NCBI GenBank assembly: GCA_963729605.1
Contig: CAVSNY010000002.1
Location: forward strand, 160,001-224,000
Source of the DNA: an uncultured Gammaproteobacteria bacterium
Lineage (GTDB): Bacteria > Pseudomonadota > Gammaproteobacteria > DRLM01
DNA length: 64,000 bases
Direction of reading: 5' to 3'
Below the pieces are notes generated by a model, which worked only from the letters and a program-made list of their open reading frames with translations, made no database searches and was not told where the DNA came from. Numbering within the stretch: the stretch's first letter is position 1; the number at the start of each line of letters is the position of its first letter. Made by a program: the position numbers and the translations under genes. Of this stretch, positions 49,712-59,835 are shown piece after piece.

Positions 49712-51179
49712 TCACGCCCGTTGATTTAAAGCCTTGCTGACCCGGCTGGCGTAGTCCGCGTCCACTTTGGCGAATTGGGCCAGCATCCGTTCTTGCGCCG
49801 ACTTGGAGGCGTGGATCAAACCGTCGGCGATGTTGTTGACCAGCTGATTTTTTTGATCGTCGCTCATCAGCCGGTATAAATTGCCGGGCTGGCTGTAGTG
49901 GTCGGCCTCGCTGGTGTCGTAGGCCTTGACCCAGGCGTTTTCCAGCAGCGGCAGCGGCGGCGCCGCGGTTTCCGGCGCGGGAGCGGGGGCGCCTTGCGCG
50001 GTTTGGTCGTTGGGGAAGAAGTTCACGCTGTCGTCTTGGTTGTTGCTGCCGCCATGGGCCGGGCACATGCCCGCCATCGCGCCGTCGCGTTGGTAATGAT
50101 TGACCGGGCAGCTTGGGCGCGTTGACCGGAAGCTGATTGGCGTTGACGCCGATGCGGTAACGATGGGCGTCCTGATAGGCCAGCAGGCGCGCCTGCAACA
50201 TTTTGTCGGGCGAGGCGCCGATGCCCGGCACCAGATTGCTGGGCGCGAATGCGGACTGCTCGGTTTCCGCGAAATAATTGGTGACGTTGCGGTTGAGTTC
50301 GAGCTGGCCGATCTCGATCAGCGGGAAATCACCGTGCGGCCAAATCTTGGTCAGATCGAAAGGGTTGATGTGATAGGTCTTGGCCTGGGCCTCGCTCATA
50401 ATTTGCAGCTTGACGGTCCAGCTCGGAAATTCGCCGCGGTCGATGGCTTCCACCAAATCCTTCTGCGCGCCGAAAGCGGGCATTTTGGCGGCTTCTTCAT
50501 TGGTCAGGGATTTGATGCCCTGGTTGGTTTTGATGTGCCACTTGACCCAGTAGCGCTCGCCTTTGCGCGTTCCAGAAACTCAAGGTGTGCGAACTGAAGC
50601 CGTGCATGTGGCGCAGCGAATAGGGTATGCCACGGTCCGACATCAGGATCGTCATCTGATGCAGCGACTGCGGGTGGTTGGCCCAGAATTCGTATACGGC
50701 AGCAGGATCGGGAAGATTGGTCGCGCGGATTTTTCTTCTGCGAATGGATGAAGTCGGGAAACTTGATGCGGGTCGCTCAAGAAAAATACCGGCGTGTTGT
50801 TGCCGACCATGTCGAAGTTGCCTTGCTCGGTATAAAATTTGATCGCGAAGCCCCGCGGGTCCCGGGCGTAGTCACTGGAGTCCTGTCCGCCGCCGACAGT
50901 GGAAAAGCGCACGAAGACCTCGGTCTTCTGCCCCGGTTGCTGGAGAAAGCTCGCGATGCTGTAATCTTGAGGACTTTTGTCAAGCGTGAAACTGCCGTAG
51001 GCGCCGGTGCCGCGCGCATGCACCACTCGTTCCGGAATGCGTTCGCGGTTGAAGTGCGCGAGCTTTTCAAACAACTGATGGTTGTCGAAGGTTAACGGGC
51101 CGCGTTCGCCGGCGCTGATGCTGTTGTTGTCGTCGGCGACCGGTGCGCCGTTGGATGTGGTTAATGTCCTGTTGCTCAT
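49712..51179 (-). pseudogene. katA: Monofunctional heme catalase broken by several single-base frameshifts (pseudogene or assembly error)
   Basis: Pieces in different frames join into one catalase: RERIPERVVHARG, RFSTV, RDPRGFA, VGNNTPVFF / KFPDFIHSQK / RHMHGF / YWVKWH / [27 protein letters not shown] / YQRDG. Confidence 0.9.
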
Positions 51180-51276
51180 GATTCCCTCCTGCTCTACTCA
51201 AGTTGCGGTTCCGCTGAACCGTTGGTGTAAATTGGTGTTCGAAGAAAATACTAACAAGCGAAACGGGTTTAGTTAA

Positions 51277-51313
51277 TTTGATTTTTACAATGAGGGCGAT
51301 TGGATGTCGCTAT
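51277..51313 (-). promoter_or_regulatory. OxyR-type operator upstream of catalase
   Basis: Minus strand reads ATAG-cgacatc-CAAT-cgccctc-ATTG-taaaaat-CAAA, with exact ATAG-N7-CTAT-N7-ATAG-N7-CTAT spacing, about 100 nt upstream of the catalase start. Confidence 0.7.
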
Positions 51314-51428
51314 GAATGGAGAGATGCCCGCGACCGATCCTGTCGGTGTTGTTAACGCTGAAAATTGTTTAATTGCCAAGGCGGCAAGGTTGTCTTGGCG
51401 CCTTGGCGGCTCACATTAAACTGATCGG

Positions 51429-52313
51429 CTAGCGCTGATTCGCGATTTGTCCCCGCCACACCGGCAGGATTTCCGCGACAAAGGCGTCGAAGCTGCGGGG
51501 CTCGTGTTTCAATATTTTGCGCTGCGCCGCGAAATCCGCGGGGCTGGCGATCATGCCGTGTTGCTGAAAATGCTGGTACATGGCGCGGAGGTCTTTGACC
51601 ATCCATTCCGGCATCATGTGCTGCGACTGCTTCGCCCACTCGTCCAGGTCATTGCCCGCGTAGCGGATGGGGCGTCCCAGGTGTTTGCTGAAGACCGCGG
51701 CCACCGCTTCGCCGGTCAGCACGTCCGGTCCGTGCAAAGGATATTCGGCGCCTTCGTGGCCGGGTTCGGTCAAGGCGGTGACGGCGGCCTCGGCCACGTC
51801 GCGGATATCCACCCGATTCAAACCTGTCGAGCCGATGGGCGGGGGGTATACGCCGTAGGACATGATCGCCGCGCGGCACCATAGAAAATCGTTTTGAAAA
51901 AAGTTATTGGGCCGCAGGATGGTATAGGCGAAGCCCGCCTGTTTGATGGCCTGTTCGACGGCGAGTTTGCTGCGGAAATGGGGGATGTTTTCAGAACCCG
52001 GCGGCATGGGTACCGACAGATAGACCAGCTTGGTGATGCCCGCCGACTTGGCCGCTTCCACCGCGGCCAGACCCAATTGGGTTTCGTTGCGGCTGAGGGG
52101 GGTGATCAAAAACACGCCGTCGACGCCGTCGAAGGCCATGCCCAGCGAGGCGGGTTTCTCCAGGTCGCCCACGCAGCCTTCCACGCCGTCGGGGAGGGAC
52201 TTGACCTTGTTGGCGTAACGGGACATGCAGCGCACGCCGACGCCACGTTGCCGGAGACCGTGTATCACCGCGCCGCCCAGCGTACCCGTACCACCGATCA
52301 CCAATATTTTCAT
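51429..52313 (-). CDS. NmrA-like / atypical SDR NAD(P)-binding protein
   Basis: MKILVIGGTGTLG Rossmann motif, TILRPNNFFQN, VDIRDVAEAA. Confidence 0.9.
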   Translation of the reverse strand: MKILVIGGTGTLGGAVIHGLRQRGVGVRCMSRYANKVKSLPDGVEGCVGDLEKPASLGMAFDGVDGVFLITPLSRNETQLGLAAVEAAKSAGITKLVYLSVPMPPGSENIPHFRSKLAVEQAIKQAGFAYTILRPNNFFQNDFLWCRAAIMSYGVYPPPIGSTGLNRVDIRDVAEAAVTALTEPGHEGAEYPLHGPDVLTGEAVAAVFSKHLGRPIRYAGNDLDEWAKQSQHMMPEWMVKDLRAMYQHFQQHGMIASPADFAAQRKILKHEPRSFDAFVAEILPVWRGQIANQR

Positions 52314-52473
52314 TATCTCTCCCCTCTGAGTCAGGCCGCGGGCGCGAATATGAAAACCGAGTGGATACTCGATTTTTATATTGGCGCGGTGTCAGGCCGC
52401 TACTCTCGCACTGATTGCCAGGCAAGACAAGTTGTAATGGGCGATTAGATGCGTGGCGGACGGTGTCGGGGGC

Positions 52474-52713
52474 TCAGTGCAAGCTGGCCCGCCCGCCTAG
52501 CGCCATCTGGGTGCGGAAGGTCACTTCCGGGTGGACCAGGCTGGGATAAATGACCACTTGCATGCCCAAGGCATGGTCCACTGTGCCGTGAGGAGAAACC
52601 TCCAATTCACCGCGTAAGGTTCGGAACTGCTCCGCATTTAAATAGAGAAGATTGGGGGCATAGCCGTGTTCGCGTTCGAAGCGGAAGGCCAGGGCAAGAA
52701 TAAAGCTGAGCAT
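52474..52713 (-). CDS. Small hypothetical protein
   Basis: 79-aa ORF with GGAG-like RBS and globular-looking composition (FEREHGYAPNLLYLN). Confidence 0.6.
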   Translation of the reverse strand: MLSFILALAFRFEREHGYAPNLLYLNAEQFRTLRGELEVSPHGTVDHALGMQVVIYPSLVHPEVTFRTQMALGGRASLH

Positions 52714-52927
52714 GGTAAGGTCTCTCCCACCGCCGTGCGACGATACCGGTTTGCAGCATCACATCGCGGATTGTCGATTTACCTTTAATTCGGACAAAAG
52801 GCCGGGTTCTTTAGGGGGCTGAACGAGGGCGCTGAGCGGAAGGGGGATTTGCGCCGCGGCGGCGCATGCGCATGTAAAAATAAACATCCCCAGGCCGGTG
52901 TCGGCCCGTGCGGGAGATGAAACGGGG

Positions 52928-52956
52928 TAGAGGAGCGGCAGGTCGCCGCCCCTCTT
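52928..52956 (-). terminator. GC-rich hairpin after the RRM gene
   Basis: agaggagcggc-aggtc-gccgcccctct stem, about 15 nt past the RRM stop. Confidence 0.5.
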
Positions 52957-52971
52957 TGAAATTATGTTGGT

Positions 52972-53247
52972 TTAGAAACGATTCCGGTCTTGGCGCGGGG
53001 CCCGTTCACGCTCGCGCGCTTCGTTGATGCGCAAGGGGCGGCCGTTGATTTCTTTGCCGTTCAATGCGGAGATCGCGTTGCTCGCGGCGGAATCGTCCAT
53101 TTCCACGAAGGCGAAACCACGAGGCCTGCCGGTCTCGCGATCAGAAACCATTTTGACGGAGTGCACGGAGCCGTATTGGCTGAACATGTTGCGCACTTCG
53201 TCTTCGGTGGAAGTAAATGGCAGGTTACCGACATAAATAGACTTCAT
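52972..53247 (-). CDS. RNA recognition motif (RRM) RNA-binding protein
   Basis: RNP2 IYVGNL, RNP1 RGFAFVEM, GRPLRINEAR. Confidence 0.95.
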   Translation of the reverse strand: MKSIYVGNLPFTSTEDEVRNMFSQYGSVHSVKMVSDRETGRPRGFAFVEMDDSAASNAISALNGKEINGRPLRINEARERERAPRQDRNRF

Positions 53248-53885
53248 AATCACAAATCACTCTCTAGAAGCGGTTCCTAAGGTTTGACGTAGCATCGTCA
53301 AGGCAGTGAACCTACACTAACAAACGCAGCCGTTACCTATCCTCTCTTGCGCCTGGATATTGAGGCAAACCATCGGCGGGTGAGAGGAGTGTCGCAACGC
53401 GCTGCAACCGGCCCAGGCTATTACGCGAGTCATAGACGGCAATATGAATCTTAATTGATGCAAAGAAGAGACGCGTTATAGACTTATTGGCCAAAGCAAA
53501 GCTTACCCCTTCTTACACGGCCAGACAATCCATTTCTTTAGGCCATTTCCGGAATTTAATGGCGTTTTTTGAGGCGGCATCATCGTAAGTTGAAGAGCGC
53601 GGCTAATAGTTTGATGCGGCCATTACTCGAATCGGCCGGCGATCTTTTAGTCGTCGCCGACCCTTCATCCATACCTTGATAAATCCGATTGGTTGACTGT
53701 GAATGCTGCATGTTGACCGCTCATGTTTTGCTGGTGTTCATTGTCACCGCAACTCGGTTGCCTTGCCTGGAAACGTGCGAGGAGCCGGACCTTGTAACGG
53801 CGTTAACCGCTGATCGATATTTTTAAAGAATAAATGCCCGCCGGCCGTAAACCAGGCGTGGCATGCCGTTCACATAATAATTTTT

Positions 53886-55220
53886 ATGGAGTATGCAATG
53901 TCTGGTCAACAAGACCCGCTGGATTATGTCTCCGCCTCTATCCACCGTGATTTTTATTACAACAATGCTCTCGGCACCCCGACGCTTATCAAAGAATACG
54001 CCAATGTGGAAAAGCTGCTGGTCGAGACGCACTATTTGGCCTGCATCACCATTCAGGTGCCGCAATTGCATCGCATCGAATACAATTACGGCAGCCAGCT
54101 TTACGGCAAGCTCTTGACCGAGGTGACCACATTGATCCGCGATGTGAAGGAACACGCGTTTCGCGGTACGGACATCTTCGTGGTGGATTTGCTCGATGTC
54201 GACACTTTCATCATCTTTCTTTCGCCACCGCGGGATAGCGGCACCCTGTTGCTCGATCACTTGGAGCTGATCTCCGAGCGTACCCGCGTCAGCCTCACCC
54301 AGCGGATTTTTGAAATCTTCTATCCCTATACCCGCGAATATTTGCGGCCCGCGGTGGGTTACGCCATGGCCATCAACAATCCCATGATCAACAACACCCG
54401 CTTGATCACCCAGTTGGTGGCCCATTCCAAACGCATGGGCGAATTTCTCTCCACCCGTCACGGCTATCAAAGCAAATACGCGCTGCAAAAACTCATCATC
54501 CAGCGCGACATTCAAACCGTCTTTCAGCCGGTGGTGGATATCAACACCCTCGACCCCATCGGATATGAGGCCTTGACGCGGGGACCCAAGGATTCGGAAT
54601 TCGCCAGCCCGCTGTTGTTATTCCTGCTCGCCGGCGAATTCGGTTTGTCCTTCGAACTCGATTCCTTGTGCCGGCAAGAGGCGTTTCGCCGCGCGCGCGA
54701 TCTGACCAAGGATACTAAGATTTTCGTCAACACCCTGACCATGACCATTCACGATCCGGAGTTTCGCGGCAAGTATCTCGAAGACTTGCTGAAGGATCTG
54801 GAGATCAAGCCTGAAAACGTCGTCTTCGAGATCAACGAAAAATTGGCCATCGATAATTACGAAGTATTCCGGCGCGCCATGCGGGACTACTCCGACATCG
54901 GTATCGTCCACGCCAGCGACGATATCGGCAACGGCTATTCCGACCTGGAACGCATCATGGAACTCAATCCCGGTTACATGAAGATCGACATCAGTCTGGT
55001 GCGCGACATCAATAATAGTTATATCAAGCGCGAGATCATCAAATCCATGGTCAGCCTCTCGCAGGGTATCGGTTCGCAGATTATCGCCGAAGGCGTCGAG
55101 ACCCCGGAGGAATACCAGACCCTTCGGCAACTGGGCGTGCCTTATGGACAAGGTTATCTCTTCGGCAGACCTTCGCCGACCCTCGATCCTATCGACAAGG
55201 CCTGGTTGGACGCCGGTTAG
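53886..55220 (+). CDS. EAL-domain c-di-GMP phosphodiesterase with degenerate GGDEF-like N-terminus
   Basis: FQPVV, YEALTRGP, FVN, FEINE, DDIGNGYS, KIDISLV, AEGVET, QGYLFGRP. Confidence 0.88.
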   Translation: MEYAMSGQQDPLDYVSASIHRDFYYNNALGTPTLIKEYANVEKLLVETHYLACITIQVPQLHRIEYNYGSQLYGKLLTEVTTLIRDVKEHAFRGTDIFVVDLLDVDTFIIFLSPPRDSGTLLLDHLELISERTRVSLTQRIFEIFYPYTREYLRPAVGYAMAINNPMINNTRLITQLVAHSKRMGEFLSTRHGYQSKYALQKLIIQRDIQTVFQPVVDINTLDPIGYEALTRGPKDSEFASPLLLFLLAGEFGLSFELDSLCRQEAFRRARDLTKDTKIFVNTLTMTIHDPEFRGKYLEDLLKDLEIKPENVVFEINEKLAIDNYEVFRRAMRDYSDIGIVHASDDIGNGYSDLERIMELNPGYMKIDISLVRDINNSYIKREIIKSMVSLSQGIGSQIIAEGVETPEEYQTLRQLGVPYGQGYLFGRPSPTLDPIDKAWLDAG

Positions 55221-55407
55221 CGCCGCGATTAAATGATTTCCTTTTCTAGACGTTATATCCCAAGTATTCCCCAAACCGCAGGGTGCGCACGGGATTGTGA
55301 GTGGTTGAGCGCGCGGTGCATTGCCAAAGCCGATCCCTCTCGCTTTATAGAGGATAGGGCGTCCGAGCCGGGTTAAGGCTCGCGCGCTCGGATCTAAGGA
55401 GTAGACC

Positions 55408-57006
55408 ATGAAGCTAAAGATCGGCGCCAAGATGGCAATCGCCCTCGGTTTGATAGGCACATTGCTTATCGCTTGCGGCATCGTAGGTTATCTCGGGGCC
55501 AGCAAGCTCTCCGATGAACTTTCTTTTATCACCACCAAGGCTTGGGACGCGGCCGACGGCGCTATGGAGGGCACCATAGGCGTACAGCGGCAACTGCTCG
55601 AGGTGGACCGCCTGCTGATCCCCGGTTTGCCGGCGGAACAGGTTCAGCACCATCGCGATGAGTTGGCGAAGGCGATCAGCTTCGCGGACGAGGCATTGAC
55701 CCGCATGCGGGATTCCGGGCTGATAGACGCCCCGCACTTGGCGGATCTGGATAGATTGCTGGACGAACAGGCGGAGGCGCGCGACGAGCTGCTGAGTTCT
55801 ATTGCGTCAAAAGCTGCGGAAGAGCGTTATTTTCAAAAAACATCCGAGCTGCTTGAATTTATCGATACATTGGAAGCGCTGGGCGACAGCCAAGTGGAAA
55901 ATAAAACCGGAGAGATCGAAACGATCACCGCGGAAGTGAAAATCGCCATCGCCATCACCATGTTGATCGGTATCGCGGTAGCGGTCGGCATCATCGTGTT
56001 CACCGTCCGCGTGGTGGTGTCGCCGATCACCAAAGTGACGCAAAGGATGCGCGATATCGCCGAAGGAGAAGGCGATCTCACCGTTCGCCTGGACGTGCAT
56101 GGGCACGACGAGATCGCCGAGTTGAGCACGGCGTTTAATGCCTATACCGCCAAGATTCACGAAATGGTCACCAAGGTCGCCGACGCCACCGCCCAGCTCG
56201 CCGCTTCCTCGGAACAGACCGCGCGCATCACCTCGGCCGCCAGCGATCAAGTGGAGCGCCAGAAATACGAATCGGAGATGGTGGCGGCCGCGGTCACCGA
56301 AATGGCGCACGCGGCGCACGACGTGGCGCGCAGCGCCGAAGTCGCGGCGGCGGCCGTGCACAGCGCCGATGAAAAATCCCAGTCCGGCAATCAAATCGTC
56401 ACCAATACCATGAACTCCATTCATGCCCTGGCGAGCGAGGTGGGCGTCGCGAACGGCGTCATCACCGAACTGGCCGATGAAAGCGAAAAAATCGGCAAGA
56501 TATTGGATGTGATCCGCAACGTCACCGAGCAGACCAATCTGCTCGCGCTGAATGCCGCCATCGAGGCCGCCCGCGCCGGCGAACAAGGCCGGGGTTTTGC
56601 GGTGGTGGCGGACGAGGTGCGGACCCTCGCGCAGCGGACCCAGGCCTCCACCCTGGAGATTCACAGCATTATCCAGCGCTTGCAGGAAGGCACGGGCAAG
56701 GCGGTGTTGGCCATGGAGAAGGGCCGTCAGCAGGTCAATCAAAGCGTTACGCAATTCGAGGGTGTCAACGAGGCCTTCCGCAATATCGCCGACGCGGTGC
56801 GTTCCGCCACCGACATGACGACGCAGATCGCCGCGGCCGCCGAGCAGCAAAACGCCGTGAGCGAAGAGGTGGGCCGCAACGTCACCAACATCCGCGACGC
56901 GGCGGAAGAGAGCGCCAAGAGTACCCGCCAGGTGATGGACGCCAATCTCGGCGTGGCCGAATTGGCGACGCAGCTGCAGGGTCTGGTCGGGTCGTTTAAA
57001 ATTTGA
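55408..57006 (+). CDS. Methyl-accepting chemotaxis protein
   Basis: Two TM helices, periplasmic helical sensor, HAMP (GEGDLT...DEIAEL), [31 protein letters not shown]. Confidence 0.96.
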   Translation: MKLKIGAKMAIALGLIGTLLIACGIVGYLGASKLSDELSFITTKAWDAADGAMEGTIGVQRQLLEVDRLLIPGLPAEQVQHHRDELAKAISFADEALTRMRDSGLIDAPHLADLDRLLDEQAEARDELLSSIASKAAEERYFQKTSELLEFIDTLEALGDSQVENKTGEIETITAEVKIAIAITMLIGIAVAVGIIVFTVRVVVSPITKVTQRMRDIAEGEGDLTVRLDVHGHDEIAELSTAFNAYTAKIHEMVTKVADATAQLAASSEQTARITSAASDQVERQKYESEMVAAAVTEMAHAAHDVARSAEVAAAAVHSADEKSQSGNQIVTNTMNSIHALASEVGVANGVITELADESEKIGKILDVIRNVTEQTNLLALNAAIEAARAGEQGRGFAVVADEVRTLAQRTQASTLEIHSIIQRLQEGTGKAVLAMEKGRQQVNQSVTQFEGVNEAFRNIADAVRSATDMTTQIAAAAEQQNAVSEEVGRNVTNIRDAAEESAKSTRQVMDANLGVAELATQLQGLVGSFKI

Positions 57007-57104
57007 AGGGGCTAAGGCCGGCGCGCGGCTAACGCGAAATTACCGTCCGCCCGATTTTTAACGCGCTATGATTAGGCATAGGTATATCTCTAAGGAGAGA
57101 GCGT

Positions 57105-58826
57105 ATGCCCGCCTTCATCGATTCCGTCGCCGACCTCGACTTTACCCCCCGCGCACCCTTGCAGGCCTCGCCGCCGGATTGGCGGGACCATTTCATGTAT
57201 TTCCTGCTGGTGGACCGCTACGACGACAACGACCCCGCGACGCCCGCCTTCGGCGGCCTGGCCGGCGCACCGCCGCCGCCCGGTGCGGGCCAGCGCTTTC
57301 AAGGCGGCAACCTCAAGGGCATCACCCGCCGCCTGGATTACATCCGGGGTTTGGGTTGCACGGCGATCTGGCTGAGTCCCATCCTCAAGAATCGCCTCGA
57401 CAAGATGGACAGTTATCACGGCTACGGCATCCAGGATTTCCTGCAAGTCGATCCGCGCTTCGGCACCCTCGACGATCTGCGCGAACTCACCCGCGAGGCC
57501 CATCGCCGCGGCATGTACGTGATCCTCGACGTGGTACTCAATCACGCCGGCGACGTCTGGGCCTATCCCGGCGATTTTGATTATTACTATTATCAAAACC
57601 GGCGTTTTCCCTTCGGCTTTTGGCGCGAGAGGGACCCGGCCGCCGGCCTGCAAGGCGACGACGGCGTCTGGCCGCGCGAGCTGCAACAGCCCGACGCCTT
57701 CAAGCGGCGCGGCCAGATCCGGGATTGGAACGACGCCGAGGAAAGCCGCAACGGCGATTTCCTCAGCCTCAAGGAACTGGACCTGCCCAACCCGCCGGTA
57801 CTCGATGTCCTGATTAAGGTCTACAAATACTGGATCGTCGCCGCCGACCTCGACGGCTTCCGCATCGACACCGTCAAACACATGGAAGATTCGGCCACCG
57901 CGATTTTCTGCAACGCCATCCGCGAATACGCGCAGCGGATCGGCAAGCACAATTTCTTTTTGTTCGGGGAGATCGTCGCCGACGATGAATTAATTCAACG
58001 TTACATCGGCCGCAACGCCCGCATCGAAGGCACCCAGGAACGTTTTCCCGCCCTCGACGCGGCGCTGGATTTTCCGCTCTACTTCATGCTGGAAGAGGTC
58101 ATCAAAGGTTTCGTGAATCCCGCCGCGCTGCGCGCGCGTTACGACGCCTTCCGCGATCGCTACGCCGACCACGGCGCGGCGGGGCGCTACTTCGTCACCT
58201 TCGTCGACAACCACGATCAGATGAGCCGGCCCTACCGCCGTTTCCTGCACGCCAATCCGCATTGGCGGCAGGCGGCGCTGGCGATCGCCTATCTGCTTAC
58301 CAGCCAGGGCGTGCCGTGCATCTACTACGGCACCGAACAGGGTTTCGACGGCGGCGGCCCGCATGACAGTTATGTCCGCGAATGCATGTTCGGCGGCGAA
58401 TGGGGCGCCTTCGGCACCACTGGCCAACACTTCTTCAACGAGAACCATGCGCTGTATCAGGCCATCCGCGCCGTGGCGCGGGTCCGCCGCCAAGAAACGG
58501 CTTTACGTTACGGGCGGCTCTATTTCCGTGAGATTTCCGGCAACGGCGTCGACTTCGGCCACCCCCTCAACGGCCGCTGCACCTTGGCCTATTCGCGGAT
58601 ACTCGACAGCGAGGAGGTGCTGGTCCTGCTCAATCTCGACGCTCAGCCGCGCGCGGATTTCATCACCGTAGATATTCACTTGAGCGCACCGGGCCGGCAG
58701 ATGGTGGACATGCTGGCGGGCGGCGGGCAACCGGTGGTGCAGGAACGCGGCGGGCGGGCCTGCGTGCAGGTGGAATTGGCGGGACACGCCATCGCCATTC
58801 TGAAGTGCGGCGGCGTGCCGCTGTGA
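57105..58826 (+). CDS. Alpha-amylase family glycoside hydrolase (GH13)
   Basis: YFLLVDR, YHGY, DVVLNH, DGFRIDTVKH (nucleophile), GE, FVDNHD, PCIYYGTEQ; no signal peptide. Confidence 0.93.
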   Translation: MPAFIDSVADLDFTPRAPLQASPPDWRDHFMYFLLVDRYDDNDPATPAFGGLAGAPPPPGAGQRFQGGNLKGITRRLDYIRGLGCTAIWLSPILKNRLDKMDSYHGYGIQDFLQVDPRFGTLDDLRELTREAHRRGMYVILDVVLNHAGDVWAYPGDFDYYYYQNRRFPFGFWRERDPAAGLQGDDGVWPRELQQPDAFKRRGQIRDWNDAEESRNGDFLSLKELDLPNPPVLDVLIKVYKYWIVAADLDGFRIDTVKHMEDSATAIFCNAIREYAQRIGKHNFFLFGEIVADDELIQRYIGRNARIEGTQERFPALDAALDFPLYFMLEEVIKGFVNPAALRARYDAFRDRYADHGAAGRYFVTFVDNHDQMSRPYRRFLHANPHWRQAALAIAYLLTSQGVPCIYYGTEQGFDGGGPHDSYVRECMFGGEWGAFGTTGQHFFNENHALYQAIRAVARVRRQETALRYGRLYFREISGNGVDFGHPLNGRCTLAYSRILDSEEVLVLLNLDAQPRADFITVDIHLSAPGRQMVDMLAGGGQPVVQERGGRACVQVELAGHAIAILKCGGVPL

Positions 58827-59007
58827 AGGGTGATCATCGCCGCGGCGCTGATCGGAATCTATCTCAAAAATGGATCACCGCGTTTTTGAATAGGCTCTCC
58901 GCCTTCCTCCCCCGCGAGGGTTACAGGGTGGTTAAAAACGTCCTTCTCCCCCGGCGGGAGGGCGATGATTTTGAGATAGGTCCTGGCCGCAGGCGCCGGG
59001 TTCGCGC

Positions 59008-59832
59008 TTATCGCGGGCGGTAGAGAATGAAGCTGAGGTCGTCCGGATGGGACGGCACACCCGCTCGGGGATGGCGCATCCGTTCATGGCAGCGTGCCGC
59101 CAGCTCGCGGCCGATCCCGCGCAGCGATCCGGCCCGTATGCAATCCACCAATTCGCTGATGTAGAGATTGTCCGGCGCGCCGTCGCTGGCCAGCAATAAG
59201 GTGTCGCGCGGCGCCAGGGCGAAGGTCGGGCCGATGTCGATGCGCATCTCCGGCGAACCGATGACGTTGGAGACGATATTGCGCTCGGCGTGATGCAGCG
59301 CTTCGCTTTCGTCCAGCATCCCGGATTCCACCGCGTAGCCCACCGGCGAATGGGGCATGGTCTGGTATTTCACCTTGCCGCGCTGACCGGCGACCAGGAT
59401 CAATGAATCGCCCACATGGTAAGAACGCATCAGCCGGCCTTGCAATTCCACCACCGCGATGGTGGTGGCGGAGCCGCCGCCGAGGGCGATGATTTCCCGA
59501 TTGGCCTGCTCGATGCCGTTGAGGATGGCGTCGCGCAGCGCCGCATTGTTCCGCTGCGCGGCGCGCACCGCTTCGGCCAGGCGTTGCACCGCCAGCCGCG
59601 AGGCGGCCTCGCCGGCCGGCAAACCGCCCAGGCCGTCCGCTACCACCAGCACCCCGGCGTCGGCACCCGCCGGGATCAGCGCCAGCGCGTCCTCGTTCAC
59701 CGTCTCCTTGAAGGGCGAACGCCGGGTGAAGGCCGCCGCCTTAGCGCCGGCGAAAGAATACGTCTCGACGTCGGCCAGATCCTTTTGGGTATGGATCAGC
59801 GTGTCGGTGAGAATGCGCGGTGGAATGGCCAA
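59008..59832 (-). CDS. PP2C-family Ser/Thr protein phosphatase
   Basis: NEDA, VADGLGG, HVGDS, LLLASDG, DDLS metal-binding motifs; TTG start 4 nt after the kinase stop. Confidence 0.9.
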   Translation of the reverse strand: MAIPPRILTDTLIHTQKDLADVETYSFAGAKAAAFTRRSPFKETVNEDALALIPAGADAGVLVVADGLGGLPAGEAASRLAVQRLAEAVRAAQRNNAALRDAILNGIEQANREIIALGGGSATTIAVVELQGRLMRSYHVGDSLILVAGQRGKVKYQTMPHSPVGYAVESGMLDESEALHHAERNIVSNVIGSPEMRIDIGPTFALAPRDTLLLASDGAPDNLYISELVDCIRAGSLRGIGRELAARCHERMRHPRAGVPSHPDDLSFILYRPR

Positions 59833-59835
59833 GCA

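Noticed and set aside
53383-53420. gaggag...gcgctgcaac...ccaggct resembling an SAH riboswitch
   Set aside because: The required stems and pseudoknot partner are missing, and no methionine-cycle gene lies downstream.
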